A DNA stretch of 64,000 bases from contig CAYUTO010000002.1 of the NCBI GenBank assembly GCA_964447765.1, positions 148,316 through 212,315 of the forward strand. The letters run 5' to 3'. Positions 16,474 to 25,939 of the stretch are shown one piece after another; positions within the stretch are counted from its first letter, which is position 1; each line of letters opens with the position of its first letter. The position numbers were made by a program, and so were the translations under genes. This DNA comes from an uncultured Gammaproteobacteria bacterium (GTDB lineage Bacteria; Patescibacteriota; Patescibacteriia; Magasanikbacterales; UBA922). The notes beneath the pieces are model-generated. The model made no database searches. It was not told the DNA's origin and saw nothing but the letters and a program-made list of their open reading frames with translations.

Positions 16474-16491
16474 AAACGCAGTCCTTGACAG

Positions 16492-16525
16492 AACAAAAAA
16501 ACGCTAAAATAAGCGTTTTTTTGTT
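16492..16525 (+). terminator. intrinsic terminator
   Basis: AACAAAAAAACGCT-AAAATA-AGCGTTTTTTTGTT. Confidence 0.6.
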
Positions 16526-16547
16526 TGAAATTACGTTGACTGAACAC

Positions 16548-16576
16548 TTGACAAAAGTCTGTAGATGTGGTATAGT
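16548..16576 (+). promoter_or_regulatory. sigma70-type promoter
   Basis: TTGACA, 17 bp, TG-G-TATAGT. Confidence 0.75.
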
Positions 16577-16618
16577 ACGTTGTTGCTAAGAGCAGCATTA
16601 AACACTCTAACCAATAGT

Positions 16619-17794
16619 ATGCGTATAGCCATGATTGGGCAAAAAGGTATCCCTGCGATCTATGGTGGCGTCGAAAGACATGTCCATGATCTTTCGGTAC
16701 GCCTGGTTGAGCGTGGTCACCGTGTGACGGTGTATGCCAGAAAATGGTATACAGCCGAGCATGGTATGGGCCAGGTAGAGGGTGTTACTCGTGTACATAC
16801 TCCTACGATCAAAACCAAACATCTTGATACTATTGTACATGTTTTTACGTCAACTATTCATGCGATTTTTTCGTCTTATGACGTGATCCATTATCATGGG
16901 GTAGGTCCAGCACTTCTTGCGTGGATTCCTCGGGTATTCCGACCACGAGTGCGGGTTATCGTTACCCTCCATTCACTGGATCGATTTCATCAAAAATGGA
17001 ATGGATTTGCAAAATGCATGCTCAAGCTTGGTGAAAAAGCTGCGAATACGTTTGCGCATGATACGATTACGGTGTCAAAAAGTCTTCAGAAATATGTTAA
17101 TGCTGAATATAAAGCAAGGACAACATACATACCAAATGGTGTTGAGATTCCTTCAGCTGTAACTTCAGTATCACATATCACACCGTTCGGTCTTACTGCT
17201 GATAATTATATTGTAATGATTTCACGACTCGTGCCTCACAAAGGAGCACATGTATTGATTGAAGCGTTTAAAAAATTAAAAGAAAGAAATGCTGATAACA
17301 CTTCTGTTCAATCATTGAAACTTGCAATTGTAGGTGGTGCTGCGTACACGGATGAATATGTACGGAGTCTCCATGTGTCAGCAGCTTCGATGAATGACGT
17401 AGTGTTTACTGATTTTCAGTCAGGATCTTCATTGAATGAATTGTATAGCCATGCTCGTGTGCTCGTGCATCCTTCGATTAACGAGGGGTTGCCGATTACG
17501 GTACTTCAGGCAATGAGTTATGGAATTCCGGTATTACTTTCTGCAATTCCTGAGCATGAAGAAATCCTCTCGGATGCGAGTATGTTCTTCAAAGAAAATG
17601 ATGTTGAATCTCTGGTATCTCGACTTGAATCATTTATGAAATTAAGCAAACAGGATCGAGTACACATCGGTAAACAAAACAAAGCAATCATTCATGAAAA
17701 GTATGAATGGGAACATATCGTATCTCAAATTGAGAGGGTATATCAGGGGGTTCAATTACAGCCCCATGAAGTACTCTCGACAGTGAAAGCGTAA
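16619..17794 (+). CDS. GT4 family glycosyltransferase
   Basis: MRIAMIGQKGIPAIYGGVERHV; PSINEGLPITVLQA; ATG 16619 lies downstream of the promoter. Confidence 0.9.
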   Translation: MRIAMIGQKGIPAIYGGVERHVHDLSVRLVERGHRVTVYARKWYTAEHGMGQVEGVTRVHTPTIKTKHLDTIVHVFTSTIHAIFSSYDVIHYHGVGPALLAWIPRVFRPRVRVIVTLHSLDRFHQKWNGFAKCMLKLGEKAANTFAHDTITVSKSLQKYVNAEYKARTTYIPNGVEIPSAVTSVSHITPFGLTADNYIVMISRLVPHKGAHVLIEAFKKLKERNADNTSVQSLKLAIVGGAAYTDEYVRSLHVSAASMNDVVFTDFQSGSSLNELYSHARVLVHPSINEGLPITVLQAMSYGIPVLLSAIPEHEEILSDASMFFKENDVESLVSRLESFMKLSKQDRVHIGKQNKAIIHEKYEWEHIVSQIERVYQGVQLQPHEVLSTVKA

Positions 17795-17808
17795 GTAATC
17801 AAACACAT

Positions 17809-17873
17809 AAAATCCTGCACTAGAATAGTGTAGGATTTTTTTGTGTATAAAAAAACCGCTGGTGAGTAAGCGG
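17809..17873. terminator. back-to-back intrinsic terminators between convergent genes
   Basis: AAAATCCTGCACTA-GAA-TAGTGTAGGATTTTTT (+) and CCGCT...AGCGGTTTTTTT (- strand, 17849-17873). Confidence 0.65.
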
Positions 17874-17936
17874 ATCAGAGAGAGCGGGAGAGTGAAGTGC
17901 ATAATGCAAGTCACTCTCCCGCGCGTCGCAGGCCCC

Positions 17937-19091
17937 TCAGAGGCCGAGTGGGCAGTTTAGGTCTCCTCTTGAGATGAGGAGAGATTTGCCGCAGGGAGCC
18001 TCCGGATCGTCCACGATGGTGTACCGGCTGGCTTGAGGAACTTCCTCGTGGAGTGGATCACCGTCAATCATGATCGATTCAATCGTATCCGCGATCAGCG
18101 GGTTTCCGGGGCATTCGTACCACCCAGATTCGGGTATGTTATCGCTCTCGAGTTCGAAGTCGAGTCGAATTCCCTCACTGCATGCCTCGAGAACCGGGAT
18201 GTACATGATGTACGGTGCTCGTCCCAGCCACGTTAAGTTGTCGAACCTGAGCCACACTATATCTTGGTTATGAGGTACTTTTAAGGTGACCTCAAGGAAG
18301 ATGTAGGTGCTGAAGATGCATCCAGTGAAGGGGTCGCACCGGTCCTTCGTACCTGGATTGAAATCGGCGCATATGATGTGTTCATTCTCGCATACGCTAC
18401 TTTTGCACGTCGCGTACGTACATGCATTGAAGTCGTCGCATTCGTTGGCATCAGAACATGCACTCCCGTCTGCGACGGTGCATACACCGCCGATGGCGTC
18501 AACGCATTCTTCATTGGAGAGACAGTCTGCATTGTTGCTACACTCACGTGCTGGCGGTGCTGGAAGTGCACAACCTCCGATCGTGTCGCAGGTGGAATTG
18601 CCAGGACACTCGAGTGGTTCTCCCCATATACAGTATCCAATCTTACCATGCTCCGAACATCTCTCTTCACCATCGCACGCATTGTGGTTATTGCAGTGCC
18701 AGTCCTGCGTACATTCCAGGTATTCGACGCAGGAGCCCTCGACACAGATGAAGGCGTTAGAACCGAGTTTCGTGCAGTCAGCGCTGGTGTTACATGATAT
18801 GTCGAGCGCATCTCGTCCGTCCTGAGACGTAAGAACGTCAGAGGGGCCGAGTGAGTCCAGGGTAGACGAACTCGAGTCGGTGATATCAGTCACCGTGTTG
18901 CTGTCAGAGGGTGAACTGGTGGCGTCAGGTTCTCCGGTGGTGGTGTCAGGAACCCAGATCGTGGTGGGGGAAGTATCACGCGTGGAAGTGTTACCACTCA
19001 CGACGCTCCCGATCTTCGGGTCGATGTCGCAGCCAACGAAGGCTGTGACCATCATCATGACTGAAGTAAGAACTGAGAAGATGTATCGCAT
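17937..19091 (-). CDS. GC-rich Cys-rich lipoprotein 5 (divergent member with the shared C-terminal 4-Cys domain)
   Basis: AAAGGAG before ATG; lipobox FVG-C; S/T/D linker; CDGEERC, CDDFNACT, DRCDPFTGC; ends CGKSLLISRGDLNCPLGL. Confidence 0.8.
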   Translation of the reverse strand: MRYIFSVLTSVMMMVTAFVGCDIDPKIGSVVSGNTSTRDTSPTTIWVPDTTTGEPDATSSPSDSNTVTDITDSSSSTLDSLGPSDVLTSQDGRDALDISCNTSADCTKLGSNAFICVEGSCVEYLECTQDWHCNNHNACDGEERCSEHGKIGYCIWGEPLECPGNSTCDTIGGCALPAPPARECSNNADCLSNEECVDAIGGVCTVADGSACSDANECDDFNACTYATCKSSVCENEHIICADFNPGTKDRCDPFTGCIFSTYIFLEVTLKVPHNQDIVWLRFDNLTWLGRAPYIMYIPVLEACSEGIRLDFELESDNIPESGWYECPGNPLIADTIESIMIDGDPLHEEVPQASRYTIVDDPEAPCGKSLLISRGDLNCPLGL

Positions 19092-19123
19092 GAAAGACTC
19101 CTTTGGAGGAAGAAAACACTGTT

Positions 19124-19195
19124 TTGGTCAAAGAGCGAGCACTAGGAATCCTTTCCTAGTACTTAGTTAATTCGCAAGCTTTCGAACTAACTAAG
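19124..19195 (-). promoter_or_regulatory. two hairpins plus boxA-like motif upstream of lipoprotein 5
   Basis: minus strand: CTTAGTTAGTTCG...CGAATTAACTAAG, ACTAGGAA-AGGA-TTCCTAGT, then CGCTCTTTGACCAA. Confidence 0.55.
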
Positions 19196-19224
19196 GTCTA
19201 AGAAAAAAAATAGACATGCGGTGA

Positions 19225-19620
19225 CTAACCTATGTCTACATTATTTGGTGTAAATGAATTTGTGTCAATTGATGAAATATCCTTCTCTCGTTTCGAGATA
19301 GTATCTTCTGTAGTATTTTTTTTGAGAATTTTGGTACTAGGAGAATAGAGTGTATTTGAAATCTTCCATTTATCGACAAACTGCCCAATACCACGTTTTT
19401 CTGTTTTATTTTTCACCGTAGTTTTTCTCTGAGACCATTTCACGAGACTTTCAAAATTGATCTTGTATCTACCAGCGACCACCACATACGTAATCTCCTG
19501 ATCACGAATAGCCCTTCGTATAGTCTGTGGATTAACTCCAAAAAGGCGTGCGGCCTCGGAAATCGAGACTCTAATTATCTCTTTTTGGTCAGGGGGTGGA
19601 ATAAGGGGGTTTGTTACCAT
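19225..19620 (-). CDS. excisionase/MerR-like helix-turn-helix DNA-binding protein
   Basis: SISEAARLFGVNPQTIRRAI...GRYKI; likely start ATG 19620. Confidence 0.8.
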   Translation of the reverse strand: MVTNPLIPPPDQKEIIRVSISEAARLFGVNPQTIRRAIRDQEITYVVVAGRYKINFESLVKWSQRKTTVKNKTEKRGIGQFVDKWKISNTLYSPSTKILKKNTTEDTISKREKDISSIDTNSFTPNNVDIG

Positions 19621-19641
19621 AGTATACATTTGTATACACAA

Positions 19642-19669
19642 ATACTACCAATTATACGGTTTTTGTCAA
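19642..19669 (-). promoter_or_regulatory. sigma70-type promoter of the HTH gene
   Basis: minus strand TTGACA, 16 bp, TG-G-TAGTAT. Confidence 0.55.
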
Positions 19670-19912
19670 GGCCTAGGCCTCTTGTGTCCACTCTAGAGAA
19701 AAGTATCGTTCATGTGTCATAGTATACTCAAAAATACAAAATTTGTATACACTAATCTATACAAATTTGTGAATAAGAGGGGATTGTGTGCTCTAAATCA
19801 CAGCTGTTACTAGAGTGAGGTTTATACGTATCTATGTGTACAGTAAGCCTTTATTTATTGGCCTTTTTATGCTATAGTCTACGGTATCTCTAAGTTGAAT
19901 GCTCTAGGCAAC

Positions 19913-19938
19913 TGTAACACTTTTATAATCCTATCGTC
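19913..19938 (+). promoter_or_regulatory. ECF-type promoter (candidate autoregulatory)
   Basis: TGTAAC-N16-CGTC immediately before the ECF sigma start codon. Confidence 0.6.
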
Positions 19939-19942
19939 TTCT

Positions 19943-20539
19943 ATGGTGAAGGCACAGAATAAGTTTAATGAAAAAAAGCTCGTCTATCGAGTTCGGGTGC
20001 ACAAAGACACCGAAGCGTTTGGCGAACTCTATGACCGGTATGTCTCCAAAATATACCGATTTATATATCTCAAGGTGTCTCACAAAGAAGAGGCTGAAGA
20101 TATTGCAAGTGAGGTATTTTTGAAGACCTGGAATTATCTGACTGATGTACAAAGAGAGGCTGATAAAGAAATAGAGAGTTTCAGTGGACTTATCTATACG
20201 ATCGCACGCACTTCCCTCATAGATTTTTTTAGAAGCCGTGCGAGACGAAAAGAATGTACCATTGAAGTCTTGGAAGCAGTAGCTCATGATTCAAATATTG
20301 AAGAATCAACTACGCGCGAACAAGAAGTGGAAGTGGTGCTCAAAAATTTAAAAATGATGAAACGTGAGTATCAGGAAATTATCGTACTCAAATATATCGA
20401 GGAATTGTCTACTACTGAAATTTCTCACATATTAGACAAGAGTACCGTGTCAATTCGGGTGACGTTGCATCGAGCCTTGAAGATTTTAAAGAAAATGATC
20501 GAAGAAAAAAAGTCTGCCTCTCGTGGAAAGAAAAAATAA
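19943..20539 (+). CDS. ECF RNA polymerase sigma factor
   Basis: AFGELYDRY, EAEDIASEVFLK, IARTSLIDFFR, region-4 EISHIL...VTLHRA. Confidence 0.92.
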   Translation: MVKAQNKFNEKKLVYRVRVHKDTEAFGELYDRYVSKIYRFIYLKVSHKEEAEDIASEVFLKTWNYLTDVQREADKEIESFSGLIYTIARTSLIDFFRSRARRKECTIEVLEAVAHDSNIEESTTREQEVEVVLKNLKMMKREYQEIIVLKYIEELSTTEISHILDKSTVSIRVTLHRALKILKKMIEEKKSASRGKKK

Positions 20540-20569
20540 TGGCAGAAACGGTAATTAAAACCGAGGTAT

Positions 20570-21754
20570 ATGAAAGAGTTGAAATCACAACTGAAAAGAA
20601 TGAAAGACCTCGAAACTCGGATCAATCCAGATCGCGAGTGGATTTTGCGTAATCGCACACGGATGATGGCTCAGATCGAACACACCTCGCTTCAGTCGGT
20701 CGCTCATCCTGTGGAAGGAGCAAAGGTGGCACATACGGTGAGTACCTGGGCCAAAATTTTTGTACCTCAGACATTGGTCCGTTCATTGAAACCAATTGCC
20801 TCGGTCGCTTTTGCACTCATGATTACAACGGTAGGATGGATCGCAAGTGCGTATGCAGAACCAGGAGATGTACTCTGGGGAGCAAAAAGTGCGTTTAATT
20901 CCGTAGTTGAAAATGGTCGTCTCGCTCTTGCTCCAGAATCAGAACAAGCCTCGCTCAAACTTTCGTATGCTTCAAAGCAGGCACATGTACTGAAGCAGGT
21001 GGTTGAAACCACTAATGTGGAAGGTGAGAAAAAAACAAAATTAGTAGAAAAGACAGCGGATAGTCTGCAGAAAAAATTGAATTCTGCTCAGGAGAGTATC
21101 AAAGTAGTACCTCTCGTCGATTCTCTCGATTTGGTAAAAAAAGTATCACTCTCAACACAAGACATCTCGCAGACACTGAAAGAAACGTTGGAAAATGCAG
21201 AGGTGGGTGGAATTTCCGAAAAAATTGAAAAAACTGCAGTCGAGACTACGAAACAAAGTTTGGAAATGGTAGGTGATGCATTTCAGAAAAAGGCTGATGC
21301 AAATATCGAAATCTCCAATGAAGAAAAAGAAATTGTGAAAGATCATATTGATCAGGCAGTAGAATCAATCATTGCCGAAGTTTCGAAAGCTCAGATCAAA
21401 TTAAACGAACAATCTGCTTCAAGTACATTATTGTTGACTACCTCAACCATTGCGACAAATCTGTTAACCTCGTCAACTCCTCTTGCACTCACCACTTCTA
21501 CAGGTTCGACCAGTATCATGGATGCAATTGCAACAGTAAAAACAATTGATGAACAAAAAAAGACTGTTAATTCGCTCAAAGAAACCAATCTGGTAGAAGC
21601 CTTGAACACGACCAAAGCATTGGCCGAGCGAGTGACAACGGTGATTGAGCAAATAACGACACAGGGGACGATCGTGAATACACCGACTACCACTTCGATT
21701 CAAACAACTACCCCTTCTGCAAGTACTACGACAAAGCCGGTAAGTTCTACCTAA
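20570..21754 (+). CDS. putative membrane anti-sigma factor (DUF5667-like)
   Basis: directly follows the ECF sigma; single TM helix then AEPGDVLWGAK; coiled-coil and T-rich tail. Confidence 0.65.
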   Translation: MKELKSQLKRMKDLETRINPDREWILRNRTRMMAQIEHTSLQSVAHPVEGAKVAHTVSTWAKIFVPQTLVRSLKPIASVAFALMITTVGWIASAYAEPGDVLWGAKSAFNSVVENGRLALAPESEQASLKLSYASKQAHVLKQVVETTNVEGEKKTKLVEKTADSLQKKLNSAQESIKVVPLVDSLDLVKKVSLSTQDISQTLKETLENAEVGGISEKIEKTAVETTKQSLEMVGDAFQKKADANIEISNEEKEIVKDHIDQAVESIIAEVSKAQIKLNEQSASSTLLLTTSTIATNLLTSSTPLALTTSTGSTSIMDAIATVKTIDEQKKTVNSLKETNLVEALNTTKALAERVTTVIEQITTQGTIVNTPTTTSIQTTTPSASTTTKPVSST

Positions 21755-22140
21755 TACTATTTGGGACAAAGTGGAAGGGAAGGTATCGTAATTTCTCTTT
21801 CACTTTGCCTCGAATATATAAAAGTAGAAGCAAAGCACGCACGTTTTTTTACACTGTAATGTTCCGCCTAAGTCTCTAAGAACTGTAGGGCAATTGTGGA
21901 GGGTGAGAGTATATGCTCTCGGCTACATAATTGCCATACAGTGCCATGGATGAAAGTCTGTGGTTTAGGGGCAAAAAAACGCTCGGGTTTGGCCCTCGAG
22001 CATATCGCACCACTCATAGAAAAGTCGACCCACCGTTACAGGTGTCGGATGTAGTGGATTAATTAAAAAACGCCTATCACAGTGACATCTCGATTATATC
22101 GGGGTCGCGCACAGTTATAGGTAAAAGGTTAAAAATAGTT

Positions 22141-25100
22141 ATGAATGATGTAATTAAATTCGGTAAGAAGCTCTTTTCAGCTTCTGTAGTTGGAGTAACA
22201 ATCGCTTGGAGCATGGGCCTTGCAGCCTTCGTTCCAGTAGCTGCTCAAGCTGCAACCTGTCCAGAACTCGAAGCCGGAGATTTGTTTAAAGCGACCGGTG
22301 CCTCAGCTGTATATTATCTTACCGCTAGCATGGAACGCGCATACTTCCCACATGTGGACGTATTCAACAGTTGGAACCTTAGTTTCAACGACGTAGTAAC
22401 CGTATCTGGTGAATGTCTTTTTGCTTACCCAGCAGCAACAGTTGCAGGTATCAATTACCGACCTGGATCACGCTTGGTGAAGCTCTCAGACGCATCACCT
22501 GTATTCGCTGTTACCCCTGGTAACAAGCTTGTACAAGTTACTGGAGAATCAGCTGCAGCTCTCTATGGAACAAACTGGACATCAGTTTTACGTGATGTTA
22601 GTCCATTCCACTGGGCAAGTTACACTGACACTCGAACAACATGGGGTGAATCAAAACCTCATGATGGTCAGTTTGTAAAAAAGACTGGCGAAACAACTGT
22701 ATACTGGGTAAAAGATGGTATGCTTCATCAAGTTGATGGATCAAATGTACCTGACGTTCGCACAGTATCAGCTGCAACATTTGCAACTCTTTCAGTTGCA
22801 AGTGGATCAGTAACGGTAAGCTCTGCATACGCTAACCCAACTCAGGTTGACGGAAGCGCACCAGCAGCTAGTACTGGAGCACTCACTGTAAGTGTTGCTT
22901 CAAATACTTCAGCTTCAAAAGTTGTTCCAGGTGGAGCACAAGGAGTTGAATTTCTCGCATTTGCTGTTCGCGCAGGAAGTGAAGCTTCAACTTTGGAGCA
23001 GGTCACTTTGAAGCGCGCTGGCATCGGAAACCGAACTGACATTGAAAAGGTTTACCTTTATCACAATGGTATTCGTCTCGACAATGGACGAACAATTAAC
23101 AGTGATGATGAAGTTACTTTCAATGTTAACAAAACTATCTCAGCAAACTCAACTGAAACATTTTGGGTTAAAGCTGACATGAACACTGTTGCTGGTTCTG
23201 CAACTGCAGGATCACAAAACTACTTTGAAATTACCACTGCTTCTGAAGTAGATGGTTCTGGAACAGTAGGGGGTTCATTCCCAGTTCGTGGTAATGCAAT
23301 TACTCTTGGTGCACAAGACATCAGTAGTATTACATTGCTTGGACAGGGTAGTAATACCACTGCAAAAATCGGTGAAAATGGTGTAGTAGTAAGTGAATTT
23401 GACGCTTCTGCTGCATCTACTGATGATGTAGAATTGACTTCTGTCACTTTGAAGCAAAAAGGAACTGCTCCAGCATCTCTTCTCACCAATGTGAAATTGA
23501 TGCAGGGTGGAACTACAGTTGCAATGGGTGTAGTAAGTGGAGACTGGGTGAAATTTGATTTTACTCAGAAAGTTACGATCGAAGCTGGCGACACCAAGAG
23601 ATTCAAGGTGTATGCTGACCTCGGAATTGCTGATACCAACGATACTGTTGAACTCGTACTTGACGAGGAAGCAGACGTAATGGCATACAGTCTAGATTTC
23701 CCAGGAAGTCTTGCTGGTGTAACAAACACTTATACCACATCACAGTCACTTGCAGTGACTGTAGAAGGTGGAAAAATCAATGTTGATCTTGAAGGAACCA
23801 ACGAAGATGTACGCGTAGACCAGGACAACGTGGTATTCGGTACATTCTCTATCCTTGCAACTGCTGAAGATATTGATGTAGATACAATGGAATTCGAACT
23901 TGTTAAAACAGGTATCACAAATCCATTGGAAGATCTACGTTTGCGCGAAAAGAACGGCAAAGGTAGTTACGCACTTGAAGACACTGACACTTGTGTAATC
24001 GGAAGTACTTCATGTACTTTCACAGCAGAAAACATGATTCTCAGTAAAGGTACTACCTATGAATTCGAAATTCTAGCAGACGTACCAGCTACTGTGACTT
24101 CAGGACAAACCTACTACTTCACATGGGCAGCTGCTCAGGTGAGTGCAGAAGGTGTTTCTTCTGACAACACAGTTTCAGCAAATGATTTCTCATCAGCGTC
24201 CCTTACCGGTCCTACGATGACAGTAAATCCTTCAAAACTAACTATTCGTCAGAGTGCTCTTAGTAACGAGACTGTAGTAAACGGAACCAAGAATGTATTG
24301 GTATACCGTGGTACACTCGAAGCTGGATCAACTTCTGATGTTACTGTTACTTCTCTTACCGTTGGCGCTACCTCTACCGACCAAGCTTGGGATGGTGTAG
24401 TTGATGGTTTGAAACTCTTCATCGGTGGTGTACAGGTGTCAAATGACAACACTGTAACAAGTGAAGAAGCTGTATTCACAGGATTTAGTAATGTTATTCC
24501 TGCAGGATCAGCAAACAAAGTAACCTTCGAAGTGTACGCTGACTTGACCGACGGTTCTACTGTCGAGATGGTACAGGTACAAGTAGAAGACGCTGATGCT
24601 ACTGACGAGGATGATGACACTGTTAACGCAGTTAACGCATCTAACGTTACTGTTTCTAGCGGAAGTCCAGTTGTAGGAAGTCGTATCCTTACCATCTCTG
24701 GTACTGGTACTCTTACTGCAGTATTGGATTCAAACTACACAGGTCTTCGCAATGACTTCTACGCAGTTGCAGGCACACAGAAACAGCTTGCAGGACGCGT
24801 ACAGCTCAAAGCACTCTATGAAGATGTAGAGCTTGAAGATCTTGTAGTATATGTAAGTTCAACATGGTCAAGTGCTTCAGTTGTTGAAGCTACCTTTGAC
24901 TCATTGAACGTTTATGCTGACGCTGCAATGACCGAACTTCTCGGCACTGCTGACGTAACTAGTGGAGCTGTGACGATCGAAAACGTAGACTTCGTTGTAC
25001 CTGCTGACAGTACCAAGTATATTTACCTTGGTCTCAACTTGAACAGCGTAGGAACCGGTGACAATGGAACCGCTACTGCAAGTACTTCGATCTTCTTGGC

Positions 25101-25758
25101 ACTCCAGGACAGTGGAACTACAGCTAACGGTGTATCATCAAATGATGATATCGACCCAACTGTAACCGCTACTACTGGTAACGATATTATCGTTGCTGGT
25201 TCGACTGTATCGAATCTTGCTACCAGTTTTGCAGGTGGAAACCTTGCAGGTGGTGAACAGGTATTCTTTACCTTCGCTGTAACTGCTAACTCTGGTTCAA
25301 ACACTGACAACAGTGGAGACAACCTTGATCTCTACTTGACTCAGTTGAAACTATCACTCTCAAGTGATGTTGATAGTGTAACGAGTACTAAGCTTTGTCG
25401 TGTAAGTACTGGTAACTGTCTAAACATTTACCAGACTACTCCAGTCAGTTCAACTGTTAATAACACAACATTCTACACTCCAGGTGCATCAGGATACGTT
25501 GACGTAACCGGATTTACCAACAGTGATGATGAACGTGTTGACAATGGACAGACTGCACTCTACGAACTCCGTGGTACATTCTCAGGAGTTACAGATGCAT
25601 ACGCACAAGGAAGTATTCAGGATGTTGAAACTGGTGGTATCGTATGGGGTTATGACCTCAATGACAATGGTACACTTGACTACATCCATGCTAGCTTGTT
25701 GCAGATGGAACCTCGATCATCTGGATACCCAGATATCACAGGTGCAGCATTGAACTAA
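22141..25758 (+). CDS. large secreted S-layer-like surface protein
   Basis: signal peptide; CPELEAGDLFK...RPGSRLVK N-domain; T/S/V/A-rich Ig-like repeats; codon bias typical of high expression; long structured leader and strong terminator. Confidence 0.7.
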   Translation: MNDVIKFGKKLFSASVVGVTIAWSMGLAAFVPVAAQAATCPELEAGDLFKATGASAVYYLTASMERAYFPHVDVFNSWNLSFNDVVTVSGECLFAYPAATVAGINYRPGSRLVKLSDASPVFAVTPGNKLVQVTGESAAALYGTNWTSVLRDVSPFHWASYTDTRTTWGESKPHDGQFVKKTGETTVYWVKDGMLHQVDGSNVPDVRTVSAATFATLSVASGSVTVSSAYANPTQVDGSAPAASTGALTVSVASNTSASKVVPGGAQGVEFLAFAVRAGSEASTLEQVTLKRAGIGNRTDIEKVYLYHNGIRLDNGRTINSDDEVTFNVNKTISANSTETFWVKADMNTVAGSATAGSQNYFEITTASEVDGSGTVGGSFPVRGNAITLGAQDISSITLLGQGSNTTAKIGENGVVVSEFDASAASTDDVELTSVTLKQKGTAPASLLTNVKLMQGGTTVAMGVVSGDWVKFDFTQKVTIEAGDTKRFKVYADLGIADTNDTVELVLDEEADVMAYSLDFPGSLAGVTNTYTTSQSLAVTVEGGKINVDLEGTNEDVRVDQDNVVFGTFSILATAEDIDVDTMEFELVKTGITNPLEDLRLREKNGKGSYALEDTDTCVIGSTSCTFTAENMILSKGTTYEFEILADVPATVTSGQTYYFTWAAAQVSAEGVSSDNTVSANDFSSASLTGPTMTVNPSKLTIRQSALSNETVVNGTKNVLVYRGTLEAGSTSDVTVTSLTVGATSTDQAWDGVVDGLKLFIGGVQVSNDNTVTSEEAVFTGFSNVIPAGSANKVTFEVYADLTDGSTVEMVQVQVEDADATDEDDDTVNAVNASNVTVSSGSPVVGSRILTISGTGTLTAVLDSNYTGLRNDFYAVAGTQKQLAGRVQLKALYEDVELEDLVVYVSSTWSSASVVEATFDSLNVYADAAMTELLGTADVTSGAVTIENVDFVVPADSTKYIYLGLNLNSVGTGDNGTATASTSIFLALQDSGTTANGVSSNDDIDPTVTATTGNDIIVAGSTVSNLATSFAGGNLAGGEQVFFTFAVTANSGSNTDNSGDNLDLYLTQLKLSLSSDVDSVTSTKLCRVSTGNCLNIYQTTPVSSTVNNTTFYTPGASGYVDVTGFTNSDDERVDNGQTALYELRGTFSGVTDAYAQGSIQDVETGGIVWGYDLNDNGTLDYIHASLLQMEPRSSGYPDITGAALN

Positions 25759-25802
25759 TGTTAGTTCAATCGATCCATACTCTGTAGTAATACAGAAAAA
25801 AC

Positions 25803-25837
25803 ACCCCGCCCTTCTCGAAGGGCGGGGTTGTTTTTTT
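25803..25837 (+). terminator. intrinsic terminator
   Basis: ACCCCGCCCTTC-TC-GAAGGGCGGGGT followed by a T-tract. Confidence 0.85.
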
Positions 25838-25874
25838 GTTCATCATAGCTATATAGAAGACTCTCGTCTATAGG

Positions 25875-25903
25875 TTGCATATTACAAGTGTTTAGGCTAT
25901 GAT
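25875..25903 (+). promoter_or_regulatory. sigma70-type promoter
   Basis: TTGCAT, 17 bp, TATGAT. Confidence 0.55.
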
Positions 25904-25939
25904 ACGTTTGCTTTTTCTATAATTTTATTAAGTTCTTCT

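Noticed and set aside
16485-16510. Extra promoter TTGACA...TAAAAT
   Set aside because: The spacer is only 14 bp and the -10 candidate lies in a terminator loop. The 16548-16576 promoter fits better.
19225-19620. Prophage or ICE marked by the excisionase-like gene
   Set aside because: No integrase, att-like repeat, or phage or conjugation genes nearby.
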